In this document: piece by piece, positions 33,849 through 43,587 of the stretch
How the letters are laid out: the number at the start of each line of letters is the position of its first letter
Position numbering within the stretch: the stretch's first letter is position 1
Virus record (IMG/VR): IMGVR_UViG_2877182016_000001
Coordinates: 7,888 to 71,887 of that record
From: a virus
Length of the DNA: 64,000 bases
Reading direction: 5' to 3' (one strand)
Notes under the pieces: model-generated
Told to the model about the DNA's origin: nothing
What the model saw: the letters and a program-made list of their open reading frames with translations, nothing else
Databases searched by the model: none
Position numbers and translations under genes: made by a program

Positions 33849-35243
33849 ATGGCCTACACGATCCGCCAATACACGACGAAAAGCGGCAAACGCTACGAGG
33901 TGCGCTACCGTAAGCCGAACGGAGCGCCGACCGGCAAAAGAGGATTCCGCCGCAAGATGGACGCCGACGCATGGGGCGCGGCCAACGTCACCACCGCGAA
34001 AAACGTCGGAGCATACATCGACCCACAGGCCGGAAGACGCTTGGTCGAAGACTTCTGGGTGCCGTGGCTGGCCGCGAAGAAGACCAAGGCCAAGCCAAGC
34101 TACGTCAAGTCATTGGAGGATGCTTGGCACGCGCATGTCATGCCTCAATGGGGAGTACGCGAAGTCCAGTCCATCACAAGGGGCGAGGTGCAGCGGTGGG
34201 TCACCGATCTGGCCGGCAGGCGCAGCGCGTCGGTGACCATCCGCGCCGAAAACCTCCTGCGCAACCTCTTGGAGAGGGCGAAGGAGGACAAGTGCATCCG
34301 CGACAACCCATGCGACAACATCGAACTGCCGCGCAAACAGCGCAGACGACACGTGTATCTGGCAGCCGACGAACTCTCGCGTGTGGCGTTGCGTTGTGGC
34401 TGGCGTGAGCCTATCGTGCTCACTCTCGGACTGTGCGGCATGAGGTGGGGTGAGCTGGTCGCGTTGCGCGTCGAGGACGTTGACCTGCAGCGATGCAGGC
34501 TCCATATCTGGCGTAGCATCACCAGACTGTCCAGCGAAATGGTGGAGACGGATCCGAAAACCCATGAGGGACGCTCCGTCATGTTCCCGCAGATTCTCAG
34601 ACCATTGCTTGCCAGGCAATGCAACGGACGTGGCCAGTCGGATTTTCTTTTCACGGCTCCAGGCAAGCCGTTGGACGAGCCCATGACGAACGGTTGGAAT
34701 CCGACCAGGAGCGATGGCTGGTTCGCGGTCGCGCTGCGCAGGGCCGGCATCGAGCGCGGGCATATGACGATTCATGACTTGCGGCATACCGCCGCGAGCC
34801 TCATGGTGCAGTCCGGCGCGAACGTCAAGACCGTGCAGCGGCAGCTCGGACACAAGTCGGCCGCGATGACGTTGGATGTGTACGCCGACCTGTTCGACGA
34901 GGATCTGGACGACCTGTCGGAGCGCATGGGCGGTCTGCTGTTTTCGCAGGATGTGGGCAAAATGTGGGCACGGATTGGTGTGGCTCACCAGATCATCGGC
35001 AGTCCGAGGCATTGGCGTGCCCACCGTTCCACCGCCAGATTCTCCTCGTCGTTGCCAAGCAGCAGCAGGAAGCCGGCGTTCTTGCCGAGCGAAGCGGGTT
35101 CCAGCTTCTTGATCACGCCACGCTCCTGTAGCCATACGGCGGCGTCGCTGAATTGCTTCTTGGCATTGAGTTCGCGCTTGCGCATGATTTTGTCGGCGTC
35201 TTCGCTCATGGCCTGCTCCGGAGTGAGCATCACCATTCCATGA
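33849..35243 (+). CDS. int: Tyrosine integrase (C-terminus abnormally extended)
   Basis: Arm-binding N-terminus (KRGFRRKMDA), GMRWGE, HDLRHT, LGHKS, TLDVY. Confidence 0.9.
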   Translation: MAYTIRQYTTKSGKRYEVRYRKPNGAPTGKRGFRRKMDADAWGAANVTTAKNVGAYIDPQAGRRLVEDFWVPWLAAKKTKAKPSYVKSLEDAWHAHVMPQWGVREVQSITRGEVQRWVTDLAGRRSASVTIRAENLLRNLLERAKEDKCIRDNPCDNIELPRKQRRRHVYLAADELSRVALRCGWREPIVLTLGLCGMRWGELVALRVEDVDLQRCRLHIWRSITRLSSEMVETDPKTHEGRSVMFPQILRPLLARQCNGRGQSDFLFTAPGKPLDEPMTNGWNPTRSDGWFAVALRRAGIERGHMTIHDLRHTAASLMVQSGANVKTVQRQLGHKSAAMTLDVYADLFDEDLDDLSERMGGLLFSQDVGKMWARIGVAHQIIGSPRHWRAHRSTARFSSSLPSSSRKPAFLPSEAGSSFLITPRSCSHTAASLNCFLALSSRLRMILSASSLMACSGVSITIP

Positions 35244-35482
35244 TCGTCGGAGAATGAGCGCCAGCCGAGCGTGTAGTAGCGGCATGGCGCGTTGACCTTG
35301 CGCAGCTTCTCGGGTGGCTGGTTGCGTTCGCGGTCCCAGTCGTAGGTTTGGTCGCACATGTATGCGAGTACGAGTTGCGCCATGGCGTAGACTCCGATGT
35401 TGTCGCCTCGCTGGTATGCGAGGCGTCCTTTGCTGGCGAGCTCGTAGAAGGCGTCGGTGTTCTTGTATCCCATTGGTTTCAT
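34985..35482 (-). CDS. Hypothetical protein, wHTH-like
   Basis: RBS GGAGGG; WLQERGVIKKL resembles a wing motif; AT-rich upstream region. Confidence 0.65.
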   Translation of the reverse strand: MKPMGYKNTDAFYELASKGRLAYQRGDNIGVYAMAQLVLAYMCDQTYDWDRERNQPPEKLRKVNAPCRYYTLGWRSFSDDHGMVMLTPEQAMSEDADKIMRKRELNAKKQFSDAAVWLQERGVIKKLEPASLGKNAGFLLLLGNDEENLAVERWARQCLGLPMIW

Positions 35483-35774
35483 CGTCTTTCCCTCCATGCC
35501 TCGCGGTATTCTGATGCATGGAGAATCGTCCTAGGTTTTCCTCGCCCGCGTGGTTCTGACCAACCGCGTGGGCTTTTATTTAATGTTTTGAACTATAGCA
35601 CCACTCAAGTGTATAATCAAATTTATACAACGGATATAACGAAAGTAACAGAAAACCGTTGCTGCGGTATTACCCACGTTATACATATACAAGACGTACT
35701 AGTTATTAATATTCTTTTTTTATAAGGCAGCAATATAAAAAGCCCCACAAATGTGGGGCAAATGGAAGAGAACG

Positions 35775-36389
35775 TCACTGCTTGGTGAACGTGCCGCAAT
35801 TCTGGAGCTTGAACTGCTGCCCATCGCTCACCGTCACCTGCGGATAACCACCGCCAGGAATATCATTCTGCACGATGTCATCGCCTACGGAGATCTCCCA
35901 GTAACAGCGGTCCGTCACGGAATTGTTTGCGCGATACGTTCCGGCGTCGATGTCCTTGCCGACCTGCCACACGCCATCGGAAGCGCTGGTCCTCTTGGCG
36001 TTATCGACCTGACCTGTCAGCGATTCGATCTGCGCCTGCAAATTGTCCCGCGTAGCCTCCATCTTCTTTATGTCGGCCTTCATGCCGTCGGCCTTGTCTA
36101 TCGTCTCCGAGGCGGTATCGTAATCATCCGACAGTGAGTTGTATTCGTCCACAAGCTTGTCGTATTCGTCTATCAGCTTCGAATAGTCGGCATTGTCGGC
36201 TTCGATGGTCTCGGCGGCTTCCTTGACCGCGGCGGAATGGACACTGGCGGCATAGGTGGCCGCTCCGACGGCCAACGCCACCGCGCATACGGCGGCGATG
36301 CCGGAGCAGACCGCCGACTTCACTTTCACGTCCTTGTCGAGCCATGCCTTGAGCTTGACCAGCATCGTATTGTTCTGTCTGATTCTCAT
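35775..36389 (-). CDS. Membrane-anchored coiled-coil protein (possible superinfection exclusion)
   Basis: TM helix, coiled coil, C-terminal DGVWQVGKDIDAGTYR domain; in the repressor operon. Confidence 0.65.
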   Translation of the reverse strand: MRIRQNNTMLVKLKAWLDKDVKVKSAVCSGIAAVCAVALAVGAATYAASVHSAAVKEAAETIEADNADYSKLIDEYDKLVDEYNSLSDDYDTASETIDKADGMKADIKKMEATRDNLQAQIESLTGQVDNAKRTSASDGVWQVGKDIDAGTYRANNSVTDRCYWEISVGDDIVQNDIPGGGYPQVTVSDGQQFKLQNCGTFTKQ

Positions 36390-36434
36390 TGGTTCCTTCT
36401 CTCTTTCCGTCGAACAAGGGGGATGCAGTCGATT

Positions 36435-36869
36435 CTACGCCGATGCGAGTGTGCTCCGGTAGTCTTCGAGGACTTGCGTGGTCACGTTGAGCTCGTCCGC
36501 GATCTGCCATTCGTACTCGTACATGCGTTCGAGTAGTGCGAGTTCGGTGGGATTGACCAATAGGAGCGCTGTCTGCGTGCGGCAGCGTCGTTCCTGCTTC
36601 GAACGATCGTTCGCACAACCATCGTCGCCATGCTTCCAGTGCAGCAGCTCATGCGTGAGCACGCATCTTTTCGCCGTGTAGGTAAGGCGCCTGTCAATGA
36701 GTATCACGCTGTTGGATGCGTCGTAGCAGCCCCATAGTCCGTCCGGCAGGATGGCGCTGGACACGGTGACGGGCAGGCCGATGATCGCGCGTCGCATGGC
36801 GCCGTATGTCATGCGCCGGTCGATCGGCAGGTCAGGCAGGCTCGTCGTAATCCGGCCCAGCCTCTCCAT
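36435..36869 (-). CDS. ImmA/IrrE-family metallopeptidase
   Basis: RCVLTHELLHW (HExxH); downstream of the repressor; RBS AGGAGG. Confidence 0.85.
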   Translation of the reverse strand: MERLGRITTSLPDLPIDRRMTYGAMRRAIIGLPVTVSSAILPDGLWGCYDASNSVILIDRRLTYTAKRCVLTHELLHWKHGDDGCANDRSKQERRCRTQTALLLVNPTELALLERMYEYEWQIADELNVTTQVLEDYRSTLASA

Positions 36870-37209
36870 TGATGGCCTCCTGCTTGCCAGCGGCCCGATA
36901 CGCCGCAAGGGCCACGTCGCCCCTCTGCAGCTTGTTGAGTGTTTCGGCGGTTCTTTTTTCTTCCTGTTCCGCCAGCGCGTTTGCGAATAGCTGACGTAAT
37001 GTCATCCCGCATGTCTTGGCGATTCGTTCGCAGTCCGATACCGTCAAAGGCGCGTCGAACCGGGCGCGGACGAACCAATAGTTGCGGCTGAATCCACATT
37101 TCGCGGCGAAATCTGTAGCGGTCATACCGCTCCTGGATTGCAGTGCTTTGCAGTATTCCATGACGCTCCGCGCCCCGGCGGTAACGTCGGTGTTAGCTCT
37201 TGTTCCCAT
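36832..37209 (-). CDS. XRE-family repressor (cI-like)
   Basis: HTH (GMTATDFAAKCGFSRNY), divergent from the cro-like gene. Confidence 0.8.
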   Translation of the reverse strand: MGTRANTDVTAGARSVMEYCKALQSRSGMTATDFAAKCGFSRNYWFVRARFDAPLTVSDCERIAKTCGMTLRQLFANALAEQEEKRTAETLNKLQRGDVALAAYRAAGKQEAINGEAGPDYDEPA

Positions 37210-37323
37210 GACTCCATAATACCCAATTGTGTACTTTTTGTAAAGTAATCAATTAAGTACTCTCGTAAGAGTATCCAAATAAGTACTATTTGTAATCAGC
37301 AACGAAACGAGAAAGGAGGTTGG

Positions 37324-37572
37324 GTGACAAGCGAAACGGAACTCATGAGAGCCAATATCCGAGGGGAGATGGCTCGAAGGGGCATGACGCAAGAAGACAT
37401 AGCCAAAGCGATCGGATGCGAAAGGCCGCTGGCGAACAAGAAACTCACCGGCAAGAAAGACTTCACCGTAAGCGATCTGGAAAAAATCGCCGACATGTTT
37501 GGAATGACCCTCTTCCAATTCACTGCAGTGCTGCTCCAGCCGATCGACAGCATCAAACAATTCAAAGCCTGA
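37324..37572 (+). CDS. Cro-like HTH protein
   Basis: GMTQEDIAKAIG HTH; RBS GAAAGGAGG. Confidence 0.8.
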   Translation: MTSETELMRANIRGEMARRGMTQEDIAKAIGCERPLANKKLTGKKDFTVSDLEKIADMFGMTLFQFTAVLLQPIDSIKQFKA

Positions 37573-37596
37573 AATCCACAACCAAAGGAGCGTCCG

Positions 37597-37821
37597 ATGG
37601 ACAGCAAGACCTACAACAAAGACCTGCGCAAGGCCTGCGTGGAAGCCGTCTTCGACGAATTCGCCGAGCATGGCGACATGATTCGCCCGCAATACGCGGA
37701 ACAGTGGGATGAAATCTACGCTAACCGATTCCTCGGCCACATCACCGGACCGATGGACATCGACGTGACCGACCTCGTGGACGTCATCATCGACACGATC
37801 GTCAAGGAAGCGCATAAATGA
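37597..37821 (+). CDS. Phage hypothetical protein
   Basis: RBS AAGGAG; in the early operon. Confidence 0.65.
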   Translation: MDSKTYNKDLRKACVEAVFDEFAEHGDMIRPQYAEQWDEIYANRFLGHITGPMDIDVTDLVDVIIDTIVKEAHK

Positions 37822-38033
37822 CCAGCCAACTACTCAACCCGCCAAAACCGCCGACACTCCACGAAACCGGAAGCCTGCTGCTCGCATCAAGCGGCTTTTA
37901 TATCCGCCTCCATGAGGATGGCAGCGCCAGTCTCGTGGACGGCATCCAAGACATCACCCTCGCGGACTTCACGTCGGCGGAAATCGAGGACATCGCCTAC
38001 AACCTCTCCAACAAGATCGGAGCAACAAGATGA
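37818..38033 (+). CDS. Phage hypothetical protein
   Basis: ATGA overlaps on both sides. Confidence 0.65.
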   Translation: MTSQLLNPPKPPTLHETGSLLLASSGFYIRLHEDGSASLVDGIQDITLADFTSAEIEDIAYNLSNKIGATR

Positions 38034-38242
38034 CCAACCACGACAGCAAACCCGAAGCCACGAAGCCGAACTACACGCTCCGACGCATCAAGACCTTGCT
38101 CGCCGTCATCGCATGCACCGCGTCGGCGACCCTGCTGTTCACTTGGCGGACGGCGGACTCGCAGACGGCCACCGTCCTTGTGAGCGTCATCTACATTCTG
38201 ACCGGCCTATGGCTGACCGTGCGGTTCGCCCCACGAGACTAA
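38030..38242 (+). CDS. Small two-TM protein
   Basis: Two hydrophobic segments. Confidence 0.6.
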   Translation: MTNHDSKPEATKPNYTLRRIKTLLAVIACTASATLLFTWRTADSQTATVLVSVIYILTGLWLTVRFAPRD

Positions 38243-38690
38243 AGACTTCCCACCAGCCGACAGTCCAACAAAACAAACCAAATCTGGGACGTTTTTCGCG
38301 GACATCCACGTTCACCATTGTCGGCTGGCGGGGACCATAACTGAATATCGACAAACAACAAAATAATCCGCCACGGCGTTTACATACACAACCATTCTGT
38401 CGTGGCTTCGGTTGGGCGACGGTTCGCCCGTCCACGGATTCCAAATCTTCTTCTCTCTAACTATCAAGAAGCAGGCATTCCGGTGCTTGCAGACCCTTTC
38501 AAAGTCCGCCTGACGGCTTCAATCACCGTCGGCCACGCCACCGGCCGCGAACACGTTCAGGTCGCGTTCCAACAGTCAGTGGCGTTCGGAATCCACGGAC
38601 GGCACTGGTTCGAGTCCAATGCCAGCCACTCAGCCCCATCCACTCGTCAGGGTGGGGCACACAACGGCAACAAGCAAAGGAAACCACACC

Positions 38691-38996
38691 ATGGACGAAA
38701 ACAAACCACAGTCGGCAAAATGGGTGCTCTGCGTCGACATCGACCACGACAACCCGGAATCCAACCCCACAATCATCGGCACATTCACCATGCCGCTGGA
38801 CGGCGGCCTGCACAGTGTCGCCCTGCCCGGCAACAGCCTCGGCAAAGCAACCGCGCTTGCCGCCAGAATCGCATGCCAGGCCATCGACATTGCGCTCAAA
38901 AGGCACATCGAACGCGGCAGCGGCGGCGACGCCGTGGAAATGCTCGACGGCCTCCATATCGACCCGATGGGCGACATTCGGGACGGCAGGCCATGA
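38691..38996 (+). CDS. Phage hypothetical protein
   Basis: RBS AAAGGA. Confidence 0.6.
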   Translation: MDENKPQSAKWVLCVDIDHDNPESNPTIIGTFTMPLDGGLHSVALPGNSLGKATALAARIACQAIDIALKRHIERGSGGDAVEMLDGLHIDPMGDIRDGRP

Positions 38997-39211
38997 CCGA
39001 TCTGCTCACTCCAGCCGAACTGGCCGTCATGCTCGGTATGAGCCCACGCACCCTTGCCAACTGGCGGTCTAACGGCAAGGGCCCGCCATATCTGAAAATC
39101 GGCGTGGAACCGCCCGAAGGCCATCAGGACAGGCGCAAAGTCAGATACCAGCGTCAAATCGCGGAAAAGTGGGCTTTGGCGCACAAGTACCAGAGGACGG
39201 TGGCGAGATGA
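38993..39211 (+). CDS. Excisionase-like HTH DNA-binding protein
   Basis: LLTPAELAVMLGMSPRTLANWRSNGKGPPYLK...VRY. Confidence 0.8.
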   Translation: MTDLLTPAELAVMLGMSPRTLANWRSNGKGPPYLKIGVEPPEGHQDRRKVRYQRQIAEKWALAHKYQRTVAR

Positions 39212-39387
39212 AAAAACGGCATGCCCGTTCCGGCACGCGGATTGCAAGCAGTGCGAACGTCACAAGCGACGGGAAAGCACGCGTCGATACCGGCAAGCCG
39301 ACCCTCACGCAGCAGGGAATCGACGTGGACGCTTTCATCCGCAAAAACCACGCGCTCATTGAAAGACTCAGGAAAGGAACACGTTGA
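39208..39387 (+). CDS. Phage hypothetical protein
   Basis: ATGA overlap with the previous gene. Confidence 0.5.
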   Translation: MKKRHARSGTRIASSANVTSDGKARVDTGKPTLTQQGIDVDAFIRKNHALIERLRKGTR

Positions 39388-40028
39388 AACACGAATACAC
39401 AGCCGACGAGCTCGCCGAGCTGAAAAGCATTTATGACGAGTCAGGCGAAGCCGGACTCCAGATCGGCGAAATGCGGGCGTTGCGCAAGGCCGGACTCCTC
39501 ACGAATGGCCTTCCGGCGAAACCGGAAGAACCGTCGAAACGCGATCTCATTCTCGCGCACTGCAAGAAACGCATCGACCAAGGCCAAACGTTTGACGGCA
39601 AGGAAACCGCCGAAGCGCTTGGCATGAGCCAGAAAACGGTCGGCAATATTCTTGGCCAGCTCCGCAAGGAGGGACTGCTTCCGGCCTTCGACAAGCATTC
39701 ACCCCGCAAGACACGGAAAACAACTACAACCGGAAAGAAGAAAGAAACCATGACCACCACATCGAAAATCACTGCAGCCGACGTCACCGAATCGAAGCTC
39801 ACGGTAAACGACGTCACCACCGGAACCATCGACGTCAGGCCACAAGCCGCAGCCGACCCGCGCACCATCATCTCCAACGCATTGACCGGCATTTTCGACG
39901 CCATCAGCGCATTGCAGAAAACCGCGTTCCAAACCAACGACAAAGTCATCTACGGATTCGCCACAAAACTCATGAACGGCGAACTTATGGACATCAAAGC
40001 CAACTACTCGAAGGACGTGGCGAAATGA
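39384..40028 (+). CDS. HTH-containing protein
   Basis: ETAEALGMSQKTVGNILGQLRKEGLL. Confidence 0.65.
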   Translation: MKHEYTADELAELKSIYDESGEAGLQIGEMRALRKAGLLTNGLPAKPEEPSKRDLILAHCKKRIDQGQTFDGKETAEALGMSQKTVGNILGQLRKEGLLPAFDKHSPRKTRKTTTTGKKKETMTTTSKITAADVTESKLTVNDVTTGTIDVRPQAAADPRTIISNALTGIFDAISALQKTAFQTNDKVIYGFATKLMNGELMDIKANYSKDVAK

Positions 40029-40183
40029 GACTCAATTTCAACAGCAAGGATGGCGTTTTCGCCGTCAAAGCCGAAAGCGAAGAGGAAAAAACCGCGCTCA
40101 AAATGTCGGCACCCGCCATCTGCAATCTCATCATCGATTTTTTTAACGGTGAAGTCCAGGAAATGAAGGTGGCGAAGGAATGA
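40025..40183 (+). CDS. Small hypothetical protein (52 aa)
   Basis: Fills the gap with ATGA overlaps on both sides. Confidence 0.55.
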   Translation: MRLNFNSKDGVFAVKAESEEEKTALKMSAPAICNLIIDFFNGEVQEMKVAKE

Positions 40184-41151
40184 AGCGCATCCCACTCAAG
40201 GACACGGAACGCTACACGGTCGAACGGTTCAAGCAGGGCAAGAAGACGGAACGTCATCTCGCATGGTTGAAGAGCCGTAAGGCGGGTGTGGGCGGGTCTG
40301 ACATGAGCACGATACTCGGCCTTAACGCTTTCAAAACGCCCTACGATCTGTGGCTTGAGAAGACGGGCCGCGTGGAACCGGAGGACATTTCGGACAAGTG
40401 GGCTGTCATTCGTGGCAATGCCTTGGAGAACGAGCTTAGGAAACGATTCCGCGCCAATCATCCGGAAATGCTCGTCACGGACGGCACCGATAAGCAGTTC
40501 ATCAGCCGCGAAAAGCCCTATCTGAGGGCTTCCCTTGACGGCATCCTGCAAGGGGAGGACGGAAGTTTTGGGATCCTCGAAATCAAGACGGCGAGTAACC
40601 GTCGAGCGGGGGACTGGCATGACGGTGACGGCAACCTCCGAATTCCACCTTACTATCTCGCTCAAGTCGAGTTCTATGCGCTCGTCACTGGATGGACGTG
40701 GGGCTACGTGTACGCGGCCATCGGAGACGACGAGCCGGTGGAGATACCTTTCCGGGCCGACGTGGAGGATATGGGCGCGATCGACAAGGCCGCAGCCGAC
40801 TTCTGGCGTTTCGTCACTTCCGGCACTCCACCGCAGTTGACCGGCGGTGACGTGCAGAAGGCGTGGCCGGAACCGACGCCTGACATCGTGGACGAAAGCG
40901 ACGACGATGACCTCTACGACCTGCTCGCAAGATACGAGAGCACGTCCAACCGCGCGAAGGACCTGAAAAACGAGCAGAAGGAATTGCAGGAACAGATCAT
41001 CCTGCGCATCGGCTCGCATACGGGCGTGCGCTGCGGCAACCTCCAAGCCACCTACAAGCCGACGACCCGCAAGGAATACGTCGTCAAAGCCACCACATAC
41101 CGCAAATTCACTTTCAAAGCCACCGAAGAAACCGAAGAAAAGGAGCAATAA
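40180..41151 (+). CDS. YqaJ-like phage recombination exonuclease
   Basis: WL..RKAGVGGSD, ASLDG, ILEIKT, YYLAQV. Confidence 0.9.
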   Translation: MKRIPLKDTERYTVERFKQGKKTERHLAWLKSRKAGVGGSDMSTILGLNAFKTPYDLWLEKTGRVEPEDISDKWAVIRGNALENELRKRFRANHPEMLVTDGTDKQFISREKPYLRASLDGILQGEDGSFGILEIKTASNRRAGDWHDGDGNLRIPPYYLAQVEFYALVTGWTWGYVYAAIGDDEPVEIPFRADVEDMGAIDKAAADFWRFVTSGTPPQLTGGDVQKAWPEPTPDIVDESDDDDLYDLLARYESTSNRAKDLKNEQKELQEQIILRIGSHTGVRCGNLQATYKPTTRKEYVVKATTYRKFTFKATEETEEKEQ

Positions 41152-41153
41152 TC

Positions 41154-41990
41154 ATGGGAGCAATCGCACAGCAGGCGCAAGGCCGGCAGATGGTCGAAAT
41201 GACGCCGAAAAAGAACCTCCAGATGCTGATGCGGAAAAGCTGGCCGCGCATCGCCAGCGTCGTCGGCAACAACATCAGCCCAGACCGCCTCTACCAGATG
41301 TGCGTGTCCGCCATCAACAAGACACCGAAACTCGCCGAATGCTCGCCGCAAAGCGTGCTCTCATGCTTCATGACCTGCAGCGCGCTCGGATTGGAACCGT
41401 CCAACGTGGACGGATTGGGACGAGCCTACGTGCTTCCCTTCTACAACAAGAAATCCGGCGGAATGGAAGCCACATTCATCATGGGCTACCGTGGCATGAT
41501 CGACTTGGCGCGACGTAGCGGCCAGCTCGTGGACATCAGCGCCCGAGCCGTACACCAGGGAGACGAATTCTCATACAGCTATGGTCTCGACGAGGAGCTG
41601 CACCACGTGCCATGCGCCAACCCCGGCGAACTGACCCACGTGTACATGGTCGCGCATTTCAAGGACGGCGGCCACTACTTCCTCGTCCTTAACCGTCAGG
41701 AGATCGAGCAGGCGAGGGCACGCAGCAAGAGCGGCAATTTCGGCCCGTGGAAGACCGATTACGAGGCCATGGCGAAGAAGACCGCCATCCGTCGCGCCGC
41801 CCCGTACCTGCCTTTGACCGTGCAGGCGCAGACCGCCGCCGCCAATGACGACACCACGCCTGACTACGGCGACGTGTTCCAACCGGTGCTCGATGACGAT
41901 AGCGCCGACGAAGCCGATGACGTGACCGCCGAAGTCATGGAAGCGGATACGCCGGAGGATGCCGAAGCCGACGCGAAGGAGGCCGAGTGA
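41154..41990 (+). CDS. recT: RecT-family single-strand annealing protein
   Basis: LGLEP...AYVLPF...MGYRGMIDLARRSG; PW..DYEAMAKKT. Confidence 0.9.
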   Translation: MGAIAQQAQGRQMVEMTPKKNLQMLMRKSWPRIASVVGNNISPDRLYQMCVSAINKTPKLAECSPQSVLSCFMTCSALGLEPSNVDGLGRAYVLPFYNKKSGGMEATFIMGYRGMIDLARRSGQLVDISARAVHQGDEFSYSYGLDEELHHVPCANPGELTHVYMVAHFKDGGHYFLVLNRQEIEQARARSKSGNFGPWKTDYEAMAKKTAIRRAAPYLPLTVQAQTAAANDDTTPDYGDVFQPVLDDDSADEADDVTAEVMEADTPEDAEADAKEAE

Positions 41991-42472
41991 TGGCCGGAGA
42001 GACCGTTATCACGATCGTCGGCAATCTGACCGCCGACCCGGAAACCCGCACGACTCAGAATGGTGGCACGGTCTGCAATTTCACCATCGCCAGCACGCCA
42101 CGCCAATACAACAGCCAGTCCGGCCAGTGGGAGGACGGTCCAGCGTTGTTTCTCCGCTGCTCCGCGTGGCGCGACCTCGCCACTCATTGCGCGCAGAGCC
42201 TTGCGAAGGGCATGCGTGTGATCGCGCAGGGTCGTTTGCAGCAGCGTTCCTATCAGGCGCAGGACGGTTCCAACCGCACGGTCATCGAATTGCAGGTGGA
42301 TGAGATCGGCCCATCGCTCAAATATGCGACGGCTCAGGTGCAGAAGATGCAGTCAGGCGGATACCAGGGCGGCAACGCCAATGGTGGCGGCTATCAGCAG
42401 CAGCCGCAGCAGGCACAGCAGCAGCCGCAGGGAGCCGACCCGTGGGCTGCGCCAGCAGAGCCTGAATTCTGA
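41990..42472 (+). CDS. ssb: Single-stranded DNA-binding protein
   Basis: MAGETVITIVGNLTADPE; acidic PEF tail. Confidence 0.93.
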   Translation: MAGETVITIVGNLTADPETRTTQNGGTVCNFTIASTPRQYNSQSGQWEDGPALFLRCSAWRDLATHCAQSLAKGMRVIAQGRLQQRSYQAQDGSNRTVIELQVDEIGPSLKYATAQVQKMQSGGYQGGNANGGGYQQQPQQAQQQPQGADPWAAPAEPEF

Positions 42473-42590
42473 TGGAATGGATCGAACCGCCGGACGTGGA
42501 ACCGGTATGTCCCAGGCATGGGTGCGCGCTGTATCCGGCGCGCCCCATCCCATGCCCCGAATGCGAAATCGAAGCCGAGGAAGAGGAGGA

Positions 42591-42980
42591 ATGATGCAGG
42601 AATTCGTCGTGGACATTCCACGGGACGAATGGTGGACGCAAAACCGTCGCGGCCACTGGCGAGTGAAATTCACGCACACAAGCGCAGTCAAACAGCGTGC
42701 CATGGCATTCGCCAGATTCTGGCTCCAAAACGGCCACCACAGGCCACAACACTTCCCAGTGCACGTCACCGCGATCATCCACCCATTGACCCACGGGCGC
42801 TTCGACCCGGAGAACGCGGCGCCCATGGTCAAAGCCATCCTTGACGCGCTCACCGATACCGGCTTCTGGCCCGACGATGACTCAAAACACATCATCGGCC
42901 CCGACTACCGAGGTGGAGAACCAAGCATCCGAAAAGGCTGGTACCGAATCACAATCCGAATCGAAGAGGAAGAACACTAA
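42591..42980 (+). CDS. RusA-like Holliday junction resolvase
   Basis: DPEN....KAILDAL.....DDD catalytic pattern. Confidence 0.7.
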   Translation: MMQEFVVDIPRDEWWTQNRRGHWRVKFTHTSAVKQRAMAFARFWLQNGHHRPQHFPVHVTAIIHPLTHGRFDPENAAPMVKAILDALTDTGFWPDDDSKHIIGPDYRGGEPSIRKGWYRITIRIEEEEH

Positions 42981-42982
42981 CC

Positions 42983-43279
42983 ATGGCTACGAACGTGACC
43001 GAGAAAGACAAGACCCTCAACGAGATCATCGACATGTGCGTGAAGAAGCGCGCCCATTACCGTCAATTCCTCAACGATTTCATACTGACGCACTCGGAGG
43101 ACTGGCATGATTCGGCTGACGTCACGTACGGAGAAAGAATCATGTTCCTGCGAGGGAAGATTCAGGCCTTTGAGGAATGCGCTGCATGTTGCGAGTCCAT
43201 GCTCGGCTATTCCGGCTCCATGCCGTCCGAGGTGCCTAATCAAAGCGAGGACGTGAATGTAAGGGCGGTAAGCCGATGA
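42983..43279 (+). CDS. Phage hypothetical protein
   Basis: Partial homolog of 147..680. Confidence 0.65.
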   Translation: MATNVTEKDKTLNEIIDMCVKKRAHYRQFLNDFILTHSEDWHDSADVTYGERIMFLRGKIQAFEECAACCESMLGYSGSMPSEVPNQSEDVNVRAVSR

Positions 43280-43587
43280 ACAAGGATAAGCAAGTTGTCT
43301 GGCGTGAAAGCATCAGAAAATACGGCAAGGAGATACAAAGCATCGTGTGCATGGAGGAATGTTCCGAACTCATCCAAGCCGTCAGTAAGTGTCTTCGTGG
43401 CAAGCCTGACGTCACCGACAATCTTGCGGAGGAAATGGCCGATGTGATCATCTGCCTGCACATGCTCAAGGAAATGTACGGCATCACTGACGCGCAGTTG
43501 GAAGAATGGACCGCGCGCAAGACGGCAAGGCAATACGAGCGAATGCAGGCCGATGACCCATTCCTGGAAGGCGAGGACGCGGAATGA
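43276..43587 (+). CDS. MazG-like protein
   Basis: EECSEL...EEMADV. Confidence 0.75.
   Translation: MNKDKQVVWRESIRKYGKEIQSIVCMEECSELIQAVSKCLRGKPDVTDNLAEEMADVIICLHMLKEMYGITDAQLEEWTARKTARQYERMQADDPFLEGEDAE

Larger units (their letters stand above)
1..34980 (+). mobile_element. Prophage 1 (left part outside window): replication, packaging, head, tail, shufflon, DGR, lysis, accessory genes, integrase
   Basis: Continuous siphovirus gene order. Right boundary is approximate because no att core was identified. Confidence 0.9.

Noticed and set aside
34110..35519. 469-aa minus-strand ORF and other long antisense ORFs (e.g. 7911..9266, 17428..18957, 50628..52004)
   Set aside because: Shadow frames of real genes in high-GC DNA, with no recognisable motifs.
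38550..38630. Complete tRNA gene
   Set aside because: A T-loop-like hairpin is present, but I could not build acceptor, D and anticodon arms.
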